Counted from the first letter of the stretch, positions 1 through 10,092 are shown. The stretch is 64,000 bases of DNA from an uncultured SAR86 cluster bacterium (GCA_902547295.1 CACCNJ010000001.1:18459-82458); one strand, 5' to 3'. The notes: generated by a model from the letters alone, not told the origin. A program made the numbers and translations.

Positions 1-881
1 TCTTTAATTCCATTTTCTTTTATTTTTTTAAGAGCTTCTTTACCAATAAAATCAATTTCTTGATCTAAATCAACCAATCTCCCAAATCCAATAGTGTAAG
101 GATTATGCTCTCTTCCAAAATCACTTCCATATGAGAGCAATCCTCCTTCAATAGTTCTTATAGTATTTGGTGCAATAACTCTTCCATTAAATTCCTGTGC
201 AGCATCATAAACTAATTCAAATAGCTTATTGCCAAGTTTTCTATCTTGAAGATATAGCTCATAGCTAAGCTCCCCACTCCAACCAGTTCTAGCAATTACC
301 ATTGGTATATCATCTAATTTTGTTTGTTTTGCTTTGTAGTAGCCTAAGTCATCATGCTCGCCATTAAATAGCTTTTGAATTAATTTTCCTGACTTTGGTC
401 CACTTATTTGCAACGGAGACACGTCGGGTTCATGAATTGAAACATCCATTCCAGAGTTAACTGCTATTCCTTGAAGCCATAAGATAACATCTCCATCACC
501 TGGTGAAATCCAAAATTTATTATCTTCAAGTCTCAACAAACAAGCATCATTAATTATTCCACCATCCATGTCTGTAAGAATAATGTATTTGCAAAAACCA
601 ATTTCACACTTCTCTAAGTTTCTTGGTGTTATATATCTAACAAAGTTATAAGCATCCTTTCCATTAATTTCGATTTGACGTTCTGCAGCAAAATCACCAA
701 ATGTTACATCATTTATTAAGCTTTCATATTCTTTCTCTGGATCTGAAAAAGCTGTAGGCAGATACATTTTGTTATAAACAGTAAAACCTGTTACACCATA
801 CTTGAGATTGGACTCATAGTAAGGGGATTTTCTTATCCTTGTTCCTATTCCTATAACTAGTGGTAACTGAGATTTTGACAT
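1..881 (-). CDS. GcvT-family aminomethyltransferase, DmdA-like (C-terminal part runs off the window)
   Basis: Own minus-strand translation from ATG 881-879, with GGGAG 6 nt upstream: MSKSQLPLVIGIGTRIRKSPYY...HEPDVSPLQISGPKS...ARTGWSGELSYELYL...IEGGLLSYGSDFGREHNPY. The frame stays open to position 1. It is absent from the ORF track because there is no in-window stop. Confidence 0.65.
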   Translation of the reverse strand, partial: MSKSQLPLVIGIGTRIRKSPYYESNLKYGVTGFTVYNKMYLPTAFSDPEKEYESLINDVTFGDFAAERQIEINGKDAYNFVRYITPRNLEKCEIGFCKYIILTDMDGGIINDACLLRLEDNKFWISPGDGDVILWLQGIAVNSGMDVSIHEPDVSPLQISGPKSGKLIQKLFNGEHDDLGYYKAKQTKLDDIPMVIARTGWSGELSYELYLQDRKLGNKLFELVYDAAQEFNGRVIAPNTIRTIEGGLLSYGSDFGREHNPYTIGFGRLVDLDQEIDFIGKEALKKIKENGIK

Positions 882-987
882 GTTTTGCTCCCTAATTAAT
901 TTGTATTTTAATCTCAAAATATCTAATGAGTAAATGCATTATTTACTTATTTAGATTATTATTTATAAAGCTATTTATAGGGGAAAA

Positions 988-2091
988 ATGGGCAAAAAAA
1001 GATTTTTTGATGATAGATTAAAATATCTATCATTTATCCAAAATACTGGAGAAAAAAAGGCAATATCAGAAAAGATTTATCCCTTTATATCTAAACTATC
1101 TCAAAATAAATCTTATTTAAGAATACTTGATGCTGGAACTGGAGATGGCACAATAAATGCTAATATCATTAAGAGTTTTCATAGATATCATCCATACACC
1201 TCTCTTCTTATTACTGGCAAAGAAATAAGTTATGAAGATCTTAAAAATACTTTAGAGAAAATGCCAGATAGGTTTGTTGAGCATCCAAACCTTTTGGTAA
1301 CTATGACAAATGTAAAATTTTCAGAGTTAGGTCTTATTGAAAATGCATCTAAAATTAATAACAAAAAGGTAAGAGAATATAATTTAATTCTTAAAAGTGA
1401 TAATTCATACGATTTTAATTCACAAATTACAGATAATAAACTAGGAAATTTCATCAAAAAATATTGGGGTATTGAGATTGATAATAAGGGGAGAACTTCC
1501 TATTCAAATCCATGTATTGTAAGAATTTATAGAGAAGATAACTCAAGACACCTTAAACAGTTTCTTAAAAATGATTACAAAAATAATAATTATGATCTAA
1601 TTATTGCATCGCAAGCATACAGGGCAGCTTCTTCAGTTAAAGTAAAGGTAAATAATGTTATAGGCCCTTTAATGAGATTATTAAATAAATCTGGTAAGCT
1701 TTTAGTGACTCACTCTTATGGCGGGAAAAGTATTCAAAAAGTTTTAAAAGCAGCCTTTAAAGAAAAAGAAGCTTTTCCTAATAGTGCAAAAGATATAATT
1801 GATTATTTAAAAAATAATCCAACTGGAGAAAATAATTTGTATAATTTTTCGACTCCGGTTTCTTACAATTTTAGTTTCAAAAAAGCTCCTGATCAGACAG
1901 TAACTGAATTATTTGGACATAATACCGATGCTAAATGGGCAAACATTCTTTATGTAGGGCAAATTGCTGAAAAAGATATTCAACTTATTGAAAAAAATCC
2001 TAGGCTCTATAATAAGGTTAAAAGGACTATTGAGAACTCAGGAAATATTGAATTTAATAACGAACTTTTTACTATTACAAAAATTAGATAA
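988..2091 (+). CDS. Putative class I SAM-dependent methyltransferase-fold protein with a large internal insertion
   Basis: Motif I-like ILDAGTGDGT is followed by DLIIASQAY and GKLLVTHS, but the spacing between motifs is unusually long. Its stop overlaps the next ATG (TAATG). Confidence 0.35.
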   Translation: MGKKRFFDDRLKYLSFIQNTGEKKAISEKIYPFISKLSQNKSYLRILDAGTGDGTINANIIKSFHRYHPYTSLLITGKEISYEDLKNTLEKMPDRFVEHPNLLVTMTNVKFSELGLIENASKINNKKVREYNLILKSDNSYDFNSQITDNKLGNFIKKYWGIEIDNKGRTSYSNPCIVRIYREDNSRHLKQFLKNDYKNNNYDLIIASQAYRAASSVKVKVNNVIGPLMRLLNKSGKLLVTHSYGGKSIQKVLKAAFKEKEAFPNSAKDIIDYLKNNPTGENNLYNFSTPVSYNFSFKKAPDQTVTELFGHNTDAKWANILYVGQIAEKDIQLIEKNPRLYNKVKRTIENSGNIEFNNELFTITKIR

Positions 2092-2501
2092 TGAAGATTT
2101 TAATAATGGGCCTTCCAGGAAGTGGCAAAACATACTTAGCAAAAAGAATGCAGCCAATTTTAAAAGCTGCATGGTACAACGCGGACATTGTAAGGGAAAT
2201 GGCAAATGACTGGGATTTTTCATCAGAAGGTAGAATTAGACAAAGCCTTAGAATGAAAAACTTGGCTGATTTTGAAAAATCTCAGGGAAGAATTGTAATT
2301 TGCGATTTTGTTTGTCCTACACGTGAAACAAAAAAAAATTTTGATCCAGATATTACAATATGGATGAATACTATAAAATCCGGTAGGTACGAGGATACAA
2401 ATAAAATGTTTGAAGAACCAAGCGATGTAGATTTTGAGGTTAGTGAAATGAATGATACCAATCATGACATAATTGCAGCTAAAATATTAAAAAATGTTTG
2501 A
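2091..2501 (+). CDS. Small P-loop kinase (APS-kinase / ribosylnicotinamide-kinase-like fold)
   Basis: N-terminal Walker A motif MKILIMGLPGSGKTYLAKRM. The protein is 136 aa and translationally coupled to both neighbours. Confidence 0.55.
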   Translation: MKILIMGLPGSGKTYLAKRMQPILKAAWYNADIVREMANDWDFSSEGRIRQSLRMKNLADFEKSQGRIVICDFVCPTRETKKNFDPDITIWMNTIKSGRYEDTNKMFEEPSDVDFEVSEMNDTNHDIIAAKILKNV

Positions 2502-2883
2502 TTGGAAAAAGCCAACTGTTCAAATGCTAGGAAGGTGGCAACCATGGCACAAAGGTCATCAGGAACTTTTTAAAAGATCAGTAAAAAAAACAGGCCAAGT
2601 AATTATTCAGGTGAGAGATGTTGAGGGATCATCAGGTGGAAAAGGACAAGATGATAATCCATTTTCCTGGGAAGATGTTTGTAAAAATATTGAGGAAAAT
2701 CTTTTAAAAGATGGTTACGAAAGAGGCAAAGAATATGAAATAATGCTGGTACCGAATGTAACCAACATAACTTATGGCAGAGGAGTTGGTTATGTATTTG
2801 AAGAAGAATCATTCGATGAAGAAATATCCTCCATTAGTGCTACAAAAATAAGATCAGAATTAAGAGAAAAGGGAAAGCTTTAA
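2494..2883 (+). CDS. Cytidylyltransferase-superfamily nucleotidyltransferase, NadM-type NMN adenylyltransferase-like
   Basis: GRWQPWHKGH matches the GRFQPxHxGH (HxGH) motif. A C-terminal ISATKIRSEL matches the ISxTxxR motif. It overlaps the upstream kinase by 8 nt. Confidence 0.6.
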   Translation: MFDWKKPTVQMLGRWQPWHKGHQELFKRSVKKTGQVIIQVRDVEGSSGGKGQDDNPFSWEDVCKNIEENLLKDGYERGKEYEIMLVPNVTNITYGRGVGYVFEEESFDEEISSISATKIRSELREKGKL

Positions 2884-2884
2884 A

Positions 2885-4051
2885 CTACTCTACTTTAAAA
2901 GATAGTCCTGCGTTGCTCTCTAATCTTTCAATCAATTTTTTACCCATAGATGCTGCTGGCGTGTAAATACCTCCAGGTAAATCCTGACAATCTTTAACAA
3001 GACAAACTGCGCTCTCTGCGATCATTTTAGAAGTTGATCCGTAACCAGGGTCCATATCTCCGCTAACTGAAGCTTTTATAGTTTGATCATCTAAATCTGC
3101 ACAAAATAGAACATCATAATTTCCATTTTCTCTTGATTCCTTTGAGGGTCCTTCACCTGGCTCTGGTGCATCTCCTAGCGGATTCATTGTTGATATGAAT
3201 TCTGCAGCAGCTTTACCATCTTCTCCTGGCCCTTGAATCCACATTTCATTATATTTAAAATCTTCTCCATAAATATGGTTCAACAATTTATTTGAGCGAT
3301 GGATATTTTTAGTATTTATTGGAGCCATGAAAAAAGGAGCTACCCAAGTGTCAAGCTCTTCATCATATTTTGGTTTAGAGTCGTCATCTTGTTGAGCGCC
3401 TTGAAAACCTTCACACAAAGCATGAGGATTAATTAGAACATTTATAAGATCAGGATCTGAATTTAGTGCAGCCATTGTTGCTTTCATGGATGCAGCCGTT
3501 CCACCAGAAAACTCTCCATTCATACCTCTCACCCTTCCTCTTACAGAAGGAGCATATTTATTAAACTTGGCCCTTACTTCCTCTTGAACAAATAAAACTC
3601 CAAGATCAAAAGGAATGCTATCAAATCCACAAGAGAAAACTATTCTTGCGCCTTTTTGTCGTGCTTCATTAGAACATTCAGAAATAATTTTGTGCATAAA
3701 ACCTGGTTCACCACACAAATCAACATAATCAGTTCCTGAAGATATGCATGATGTAATAATTTTCTCTCCATATAATTGATATGGACCAACTGTCGTTAAT
3801 ACACATTTTGTCTGACCAACCATTGCGTCAATAGATGCCTGATCAGTGCTATCTACTATCATCATTGCAATATGAGAGGGAAGATTAAATCTATCTTTTA
3901 CTTTTTCGAGTTTTTCTTTATTTCTTCCAGCAATAGCCCATGAAATATCGTCATTACTGCCATATTTATTAATTGCATACTCAACAACAAGCTTTCCAGT
4001 AAAGCCAGTTGCTCCATAAATTACAAAGTCATATTCATTTGAGTTGCTCAT
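2885..4051 (-). CDS. Saccharopine dehydrogenase-like NAD(P)-binding oxidoreductase
   Basis: N-terminal Rossmann motif YDFVIYGATGFTGKLVVEYA. Length (388 aa) and overall pattern are typical of the saccharopine dehydrogenase / trans-acting enoyl reductase family. Confidence 0.7.
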   Translation of the reverse strand: MSNSNEYDFVIYGATGFTGKLVVEYAINKYGSNDDISWAIAGRNKEKLEKVKDRFNLPSHIAMMIVDSTDQASIDAMVGQTKCVLTTVGPYQLYGEKIITSCISSGTDYVDLCGEPGFMHKIISECSNEARQKGARIVFSCGFDSIPFDLGVLFVQEEVRAKFNKYAPSVRGRVRGMNGEFSGGTAASMKATMAALNSDPDLINVLINPHALCEGFQGAQQDDDSKPKYDEELDTWVAPFFMAPINTKNIHRSNKLLNHIYGEDFKYNEMWIQGPGEDGKAAAEFISTMNPLGDAPEPGEGPSKESRENGNYDVLFCADLDDQTIKASVSGDMDPGYGSTSKMIAESAVCLVKDCQDLPGGIYTPAASMGKKLIERLESNAGLSFKVE

Positions 4052-4110
4052 ATTAATTCCTACATAAAAGATTAAGCATTATAATATTAAAAAATATATA
4101 TATTAATTAA

Positions 4111-5919
4111 ATGTTAAAAAAAATAAGTGAATTTTTTAGGGTGATTGGCGAGCTGAGATATATCATTCCATTGATTAAATATAAGTGGCCTGAATTAGAT
4201 GAAAATGCCTCACTGGCTCATACCTTCCAAGAAACAGTTCAAAACTATGGTGAAAGAAATTTTTTATATTTTGAAGATGAAGTATGGACATATTCAGAAA
4301 CGAATAAAGCAGCAAATATACTAGCAAATAAACTTTCAAATGAAGGTATAGAGCATGGAGATAGAGTCGTTTTATTTATGGAGAATAGGCCAAATTTTGT
4401 AATTTCTCTACTAGCTTTAAATAAATTAGGAGCTATCAGTGCCCTAATTAATACAAGTCTTACAGGAGGTCCCCTTGTTCATTGTATTAATACATCTGAT
4501 TCAAAAAAATGTATATTTGGTGATGAATTATCTAATTCTTTAGAAGATGTTCTAACAGAAATTAATATAACTAAATCAACTGACCTATTATGGGTTGGAG
4601 ACAATAATTCAAACGAATGTCCTGAATGGGCATCTAATATAAATGAAAATCTCGATCAATCAAAAGCATCAAATCTTGAAGAGACCAATAAAGTTTTAGC
4701 AGGTGACACTGCTTTCTATATATATACATCTGGAACAACTGGTGTTCCAAAAGCAGCATTATTTCCAAATGTAAAAGTGATAGCAGGATCTTATAATATC
4801 TCTAAAGCAGGATATAGATTGAATAGTGATGACTGCATGTATAATTGTCTTCCTTTATACCATTCTACAGGTCTAATTCTTGGCCTATGTGCATGTATTC
4901 AAGTAGGCGCATCCACATTCATAAAACGAAAATTTTCTGCTTCTTCTTTTTGGAGTGAAGTTCAACAATTTAAAACAAGTGCCTTCGTTTATGTGGGTGA
5001 ACTTTGTAGATACCTAAGTTTCCAAGATTCCTCTGAAGATGAAATAGATAATCCAATTTCAAAAATGGTTGGTAATGGTCTGAGGCCAGATCTTTGGGAT
5101 ACTTTTAGGAATAGATTTAAAGTTGAGCGAATATGTGAAATATATGGGGCCAGTGAAGCTAATGGTATGTTTATGAATCTTTTAAACAAAGATCAAACAA
5201 TAGGTATGACAAATACAGAAATAAAACTATTCGCTTATGATGTGGCCGAAGACAAATTGATAGTTGATCAAAATGGAAAATATATTGAAATTAAAGATCA
5301 TTCTCCAGGTTTAGCTCTTATGAAAATTGGTCCAAATGCAATTTATAATGGATATACCGATGCTCAGGCAAGTGAGAAAAAAATAATACGAGATGTTATC
5401 AAAGACGGTGATAGGTGGTTTGATACCGGAGACCTCTTAAAAAAAATGGACGTTGGTTTTGCTTTAGGAAGACAGCATTATCAATTTGTCGACAGAGTTG
5501 GGGATACTTTTAGATGGAAATCTGAAAATGTTTCAACAAATGAGGTTGCTGAAATTCTTAATGCATTCGATCAGGTAAATATGGCAAATGTCTATGGGGT
5601 TAAAGTACCACAAAGCGAAGGAAGAGCTGGCATGGTTGCATTTAATTGCAATCTAATTAATTTTGACTGGGAAAAATTCTCTGAATTTGTAAACGAAAAA
5701 CTTCCAAGTTATGCGCAACCAGTCTTTGTAAGGATCATTGATGTACTTGAGACGACTGGAACATTTAAATTAAAAAAGAATGACTTGAGAGATGAGGCTT
5801 ATCACCTAAATAAAGTTAAAGGTGATCAAATCTTTGTTAAGAAGCCAGGTGAAAAAAGATATTTTCTTCTTGATAAGAGTTATTACGACATAATTGAAAG
5901 TGGTCAAGCTGGTTTTTAA
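4111..5919 (+). CDS. Long-chain/very-long-chain acyl-CoA synthetase (FATP-like, AMP-binding family)
   Basis: AMP-binding signature YIYTSGTTGVPKAA, TGDLL and the FVDRVGDTFRWKSENVST block typical of FATP-type ligases. Confidence 0.8.
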   Translation: MLKKISEFFRVIGELRYIIPLIKYKWPELDENASLAHTFQETVQNYGERNFLYFEDEVWTYSETNKAANILANKLSNEGIEHGDRVVLFMENRPNFVISLLALNKLGAISALINTSLTGGPLVHCINTSDSKKCIFGDELSNSLEDVLTEINITKSTDLLWVGDNNSNECPEWASNINENLDQSKASNLEETNKVLAGDTAFYIYTSGTTGVPKAALFPNVKVIAGSYNISKAGYRLNSDDCMYNCLPLYHSTGLILGLCACIQVGASTFIKRKFSASSFWSEVQQFKTSAFVYVGELCRYLSFQDSSEDEIDNPISKMVGNGLRPDLWDTFRNRFKVERICEIYGASEANGMFMNLLNKDQTIGMTNTEIKLFAYDVAEDKLIVDQNGKYIEIKDHSPGLALMKIGPNAIYNGYTDAQASEKKIIRDVIKDGDRWFDTGDLLKKMDVGFALGRQHYQFVDRVGDTFRWKSENVSTNEVAEILNAFDQVNMANVYGVKVPQSEGRAGMVAFNCNLINFDWEKFSEFVNEKLPSYAQPVFVRIIDVLETTGTFKLKKNDLRDEAYHLNKVKGDQIFVKKPGEKRYFLLDKSYYDIIESGQAGF

Positions 5920-5923
5920 AAAA

Positions 5924-6445
5924 CTATTTAATATTGCTATCGATTAAAACTGCAATTAATAATGCTGGTTCATCTCCATTATTAACCCAAGCATGATTTG
6001 TTCCTCTTTGAACAACAACGTCAAACGGTTTTAAGTTTACTTCTTCCTCATCTAATATGAGAGTTACATCACCCTTTAGTAGAATAATGTAATCAATAGT
6101 TTCTGTTTTATGCATTGCGGGATGTTTTGAAGTATCAATTCTATGGTGCGCCGCACCTATTTTTTCAAAAGCATCTGCTGCGATTTCCTGCATCATTTCA
6201 TCGGGAACGCCTTCTGGTAATGGATTAATTTGAAAATATCTAAACTTTGTTCCTCCATTAGGAGGAGATAAAATAATTTTTTCATCAGCCCTATCAATAG
6301 AGTCAGTTGAAATAATATCATTTCCATCAGTATTCCATATCTCAAAAAGTCCACCTACCTCTTCTCCAATAGATCTCGCTGGAGGCCCATCCATGGTAAT
6401 AAAAGATCTGCCCTCTTTATTGTGTCCTGTAATTATTCTTCTCAT
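5924..6445 (-). CDS. Cupin-domain protein
   Basis: 173 aa. The C-terminal beta-barrel-like block DVVVQRGTNHAWVNNGDEPALLIAVLI is typical of small cupins. Confidence 0.5.
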   Translation of the reverse strand: MRRIITGHNKEGRSFITMDGPPARSIGEEVGGLFEIWNTDGNDIISTDSIDRADEKIILSPPNGGTKFRYFQINPLPEGVPDEMMQEIAADAFEKIGAAHHRIDTSKHPAMHKTETIDYIILLKGDVTLILDEEEVNLKPFDVVVQRGTNHAWVNNGDEPALLIAVLIDSNIK

Positions 6446-6446
6446 T

Positions 6447-7457
6447 TTATTCTCGTATTGTTTTTAACTTATCTTTAATCTTCTCTCTTCTATCACTTTT
6501 ACGCAAATCATCCCAATCAATATTTGAAGTATTCCTCATTTGATGAATCTTCATTGAGAGACCTATATCCATCTTCTCAAAGGTTTCTATTGCATTGATT
6601 GCCTCTATTCTATTGTTGCATACTAAAATCATATCGCATCCAGCCTCTACAGACTTAATTGCCTTATTTGACATAGTTAAATTACCAGATCCCAACATGC
6701 TCAAATCATCACTAAAAATTAAGCCATCATATTTAATTTGTCCCTTTAAAAAATTTTTTAACCAAAATTTAGAATAACTTGGTATCTCTTGATCAATATT
6801 TGAAAAAAGAACATGGGCACACATAACCGCATCTAATTTATTGGATAGTTCAATATAAGGCCTTATGTCCTTAATAAGTAATTCTTCTAAATTTCTGTTA
6901 TCTTCTGCAAGTTCATTATGGCTATCTGCAAATATTCCACCATGTCCAGGAAAATGTTTTCCAGTAGATTTCATTCCGGCTTCATGCATTCCATCAATAA
7001 AATTAGACGTCACAGAAACAACATCTAAAACATTATTTGCAAAAGCTCTATCTCCAATAATGCTTGAGGTTTTCTCATCTATATCTAAAACTGGTGCAAA
7101 GTTTATATCGATATCAGCTGCAATTAATTCGCTTGAGATCAACCAGCCAATGTCCTTTAAAAAGTTTCTATCATTGTTTGAGTATGCAAATTTCGTTACT
7201 TTTTGCATGGATGGAATATTTGTAAAGTCTTTATTAAACCTTTGAACTCTTCCTCCCTCCTGATCGACAGCAATGATAATATTTTCTTTTATATTCCTTA
7301 TCTCACTCACAAGATCTTTAATTTGATAAAAAGATTCAAAGTTTCTTGAAAAAAATATTAATCCACCAACATGTTCATTTCTTATTAATGCCTTATCATC
7401 ATCTGATAAGATTGTTCCGCTAATATCAAGCATTAATCTTCCATATTGATTATTCAT
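6447..7457 (-). CDS. nagZ: Beta-N-acetylhexosaminidase (GH3), peptidoglycan recycling
   Basis: VDQEGGRVQRF, FAPVLD, FIDGMHEAGMKSTGKHFPGHG and GCDMILVCNN are collinear with E. coli NagZ. Confidence 0.92.
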   Translation of the reverse strand: MNNQYGRLMLDISGTILSDDDKALIRNEHVGGLIFFSRNFESFYQIKDLVSEIRNIKENIIIAVDQEGGRVQRFNKDFTNIPSMQKVTKFAYSNNDRNFLKDIGWLISSELIAADIDINFAPVLDIDEKTSSIIGDRAFANNVLDVVSVTSNFIDGMHEAGMKSTGKHFPGHGGIFADSHNELAEDNRNLEELLIKDIRPYIELSNKLDAVMCAHVLFSNIDQEIPSYSKFWLKNFLKGQIKYDGLIFSDDLSMLGSGNLTMSNKAIKSVEAGCDMILVCNNRIEAINAIETFEKMDIGLSMKIHQMRNTSNIDWDDLRKSDRREKIKDKLKTIRE

Positions 7458-7540
7458 AGCTAAATGATATCAAAGAAAGATATTTCAGGATAAGCTTTAA
7501 TGATATTGGATAAAAAGATATATGTATCATAAGATAAATC

Positions 7541-8293
7541 ATGACTTTAAGAGCCTTAATAACAGGAGCATCATCTGGTATAGGATTTTCATATGCAGAG
7601 TATCTAAAAAATGAAGGGTGGTATTTAGATCTTGTATCTAAAAATGAAAAAAGATTAGAAAATTCTAAAAAAGATCTTAAGTATGAAAAGGCCTCTTTTC
7701 ACTCTGCTGATTTAAGTAAGAGCGAATCTATAGAACTTATAACTAATAACTTAGATACTCCTGATTTAATTGTAGCAAATGCCGGCATTGCAATTAACGG
7801 AGCTATTGGTAAGTTAAATAAAAAAGAAAAAGGTGATGCTTATTACTTAATGTGTGGTGGCGTAATAGATTTAATAGAGGGTTTTGTTCCAAGAATGGTG
7901 GACAATGGTGGAGGTAGAATAGTTATAATTTCTAGTATAGGTGCAATTACGGCAATGCCAAAGTCATCGATATATTCAAGTATAAAATCAGGAATACATT
8001 CTTATGGAAGATCAATTGCAAGAGAACTTAAAAACAAAAATATTTCAGTAACAGTCAGCATGCCTGGATACGTAAAAACTAATGCCCATAAAAGAGCTGG
8101 ATTGGAACATTTAGAAAAAAAAGTTCCAAAATGGATGTGGATAAATGCAAAACGGGTTGTAGAAGAAACAGAAAAAGCTTCAAGACATGGTAAAATAGAA
8201 ATAATACCTGGAAAAGTTTACAGATTTACAAAACCTTTTTTAGGATACCAGTCTGCTATAAATATCTGGCAATCTATGACTAAAAGGAATTAA
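7541..8293 (+). CDS. Short-chain dehydrogenase/reductase (SDR)
   Basis: ITGASSGIG cofactor motif, NAGI, and the YSSIKSG (YxxxK) catalytic motif. Confidence 0.8.
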   Translation: MTLRALITGASSGIGFSYAEYLKNEGWYLDLVSKNEKRLENSKKDLKYEKASFHSADLSKSESIELITNNLDTPDLIVANAGIAINGAIGKLNKKEKGDAYYLMCGGVIDLIEGFVPRMVDNGGGRIVIISSIGAITAMPKSSIYSSIKSGIHSYGRSIARELKNKNISVTVSMPGYVKTNAHKRAGLEHLEKKVPKWMWINAKRVVEETEKASRHGKIEIIPGKVYRFTKPFLGYQSAINIWQSMTKRN

Positions 8294-8835
8294 TAATCTA
8301 TTAAAGTTTCAATTTTATAATTTCTTTCCGTAATTAATTTACTGCCACCCAATGAGGTTAAGTCAATAATTCCTAATATTAGTATATTTGAATTTTTAAC
8401 AGCAAAATTCTCAGTAAATAATTCGGCGCATGCTATTGCAGTTCCTCCTGTTGCAACCAAATCATCAACAATAACAATTTTATGATTAGTACCTACTTCA
8501 GTATTTTTTTGAATTTCTATTGATGTACTGCCATATTCAAGATCAAAACTTTTCTGAAAGGTTTCATTAGGAAGCTTGCCAGGTTTCCTCGCCAAAATAA
8601 AAGGAAGATGTAAATCTCTAGCAATAGTTCCTGCAAAAATAAATCCTCTACTTTCAATACTTGCTACCAAGTCCGCACCGAACTCTTTTGTAATTCTTGT
8701 AAGCTCGTCACATGTTTTAGAAAAAGCTTTTGGTGTTTCTATAAGGCTTGTAATATCCTTAAACTCAATGCCATCAATTGGAAAATTATCTACTGATCTT
8801 ATGTATTTCTTAAGTTCCAATGGATCTTTGCTCAT
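8290..8835 (-). CDS. apt: Adenine phosphoribosyltransferase
   Basis: 181 aa. PRPP-binding motif VIVDDLVATGGTA. FKDITSL and IESRGFIFA are typical of Apt. Confidence 0.9.
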   Translation of the reverse strand: MSKDPLELKKYIRSVDNFPIDGIEFKDITSLIETPKAFSKTCDELTRITKEFGADLVASIESRGFIFAGTIARDLHLPFILARKPGKLPNETFQKSFDLEYGSTSIEIQKNTEVGTNHKIVIVDDLVATGGTAIACAELFTENFAVKNSNILILGIIDLTSLGGSKLITERNYKIETLIDY

Positions 8836-9641
8836 TGGTTATCTTCCCAATTTGGATCTCGTTTTTGAATAAACGCATTAATGCCTTCTTTTGCATCAGC
8901 TCTTAGAGTGTTTTCTGTCATTATTTTAGATGTGTATTCATATGCATCAGCTAAAGTCATCTCATATTGTTTATAGAATGCTTGTTTACCAGTTTTTAGG
9001 GTAACCTGAGATTTTTTTGAGATTTTTTTAGCTAACTGCATGACACATTCAGTTAAACTCTCCTTTGGTACATAATCATTAACTAATGAAATTCTTTTAG
9101 CTTCCTCTGCATTCACCATATCTCCAGTTAAAAGCATCTTCATAGCATCTTTTTTATTTACATTTCTGGATAGAGCTACCATGGGTGTAGAACAAAAGAG
9201 GCCTATGTTTACTCCAGGTGTAGCAAACTTTGATATATCCGAAGTAATGGCCAAGTCACAGCTTGCAACAAGTTGACAACCGGCTGCAGTTGCAATTCCA
9301 TCTACTTCTGCAATAACTGGCTTTGGACAATTTACAATTAATTGCATTAAATAGGAACATTTTTTAAATAGTTCTAAGTAATAAGATTCTCCATTATCAT
9401 CCTCATTCCTAGCTTCATTTATTTCTTTTAAATTGTGTCCAGAGCAAAAAACATCTCCAGTTGCTGCAATTACAATAACCTTAAAAGAGTTATTTATAGA
9501 TGCTTCCGTAATAGCTTTTGTAAGTCTTTGAATCATCAACTCAGATAAAGCATTTTTATTATCTGAATCATTTAGGGTAAGGCGAAGAATGCCATTATGA
9601 TCAGATTCTGTTAAAAGGATGTTCTGAGAATTTTCTTTCAT
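8832..9641 (-). CDS. Enoyl-CoA hydratase/isomerase (crotonase) family protein
   Basis: Crotonase blocks FCSGHNLKE, PVIAEVDGIATAAGCQLVASCDLA and GINAFIQKRDPNW. Confidence 0.85.
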   Translation of the reverse strand: MKENSQNILLTESDHNGILRLTLNDSDNKNALSELMIQRLTKAITEASINNSFKVIVIAATGDVFCSGHNLKEINEARNEDDNGESYYLELFKKCSYLMQLIVNCPKPVIAEVDGIATAAGCQLVASCDLAITSDISKFATPGVNIGLFCSTPMVALSRNVNKKDAMKMLLTGDMVNAEEAKRISLVNDYVPKESLTECVMQLAKKISKKSQVTLKTGKQAFYKQYEMTLADAYEYTSKIMTENTLRADAKEGINAFIQKRDPNWEDNQ

Positions 9642-9678
9642 AATTTAATTAAATGCTATATGGATTTAATAGTCCAAT

Positions 9679-10092
9679 TTAATTCTCAAGAACTTTCTTA
9701 GGACATTCATTCGTAATAAATAAAATGCCAGCATTTTTTGCAATTTGGGCAGCATTCTCATCAAAAATTCCTTCCTGTGTCCAAATAACATTTACATTAA
9801 GCACTATAGCTTCTTTTGTAATGTCGTAAACATATTCACTTGATCTGAAAATATCGACCATATCAATACTATCTTTAATCTCACAAAGTCTCGAATAGCA
9901 TTTTTCTCCTAAAATTGTGTTATTAATTTCATTTGGATTAACTGGAAAAACTTTATAACCATTATTAATAAGAAAGTTCATAACTTTATAACTATCTCTT
10001 TTTTGATTTGAACTTGCTCCTATCAAAGCAATATTCTTAACTTTCTTGAGTACTAATTTTAAATTTCTATTTTTTTCAAAATTTCTAATCAT
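9679..10092 (-). CDS. CoA-binding domain protein (YccU-like)
   Basis: NIALIGASSNQKRDSYKVMNFLINNGYKVFPVNP is the typical CoA_binding_2 pattern. The protein is 137 aa. Confidence 0.75.
   Translation of the reverse strand: MIRNFEKNRNLKLVLKKVKNIALIGASSNQKRDSYKVMNFLINNGYKVFPVNPNEINNTILGEKCYSRLCEIKDSIDMVDIFRSSEYVYDITKEAIVLNVNVIWTQEGIFDENAAQIAKNAGILFITNECPKKVLEN

Noticed and set aside
1964..2465. Small overlapping ORFs (1964-2209 plus, 2038-2223 minus, 2223-2465 minus) around the kinase gene.
   Set aside because: They are alternative-frame or antisense ORFs within the coupled three-gene operon. They have no motifs, and the P-loop and HxGH frames explain the region fully.
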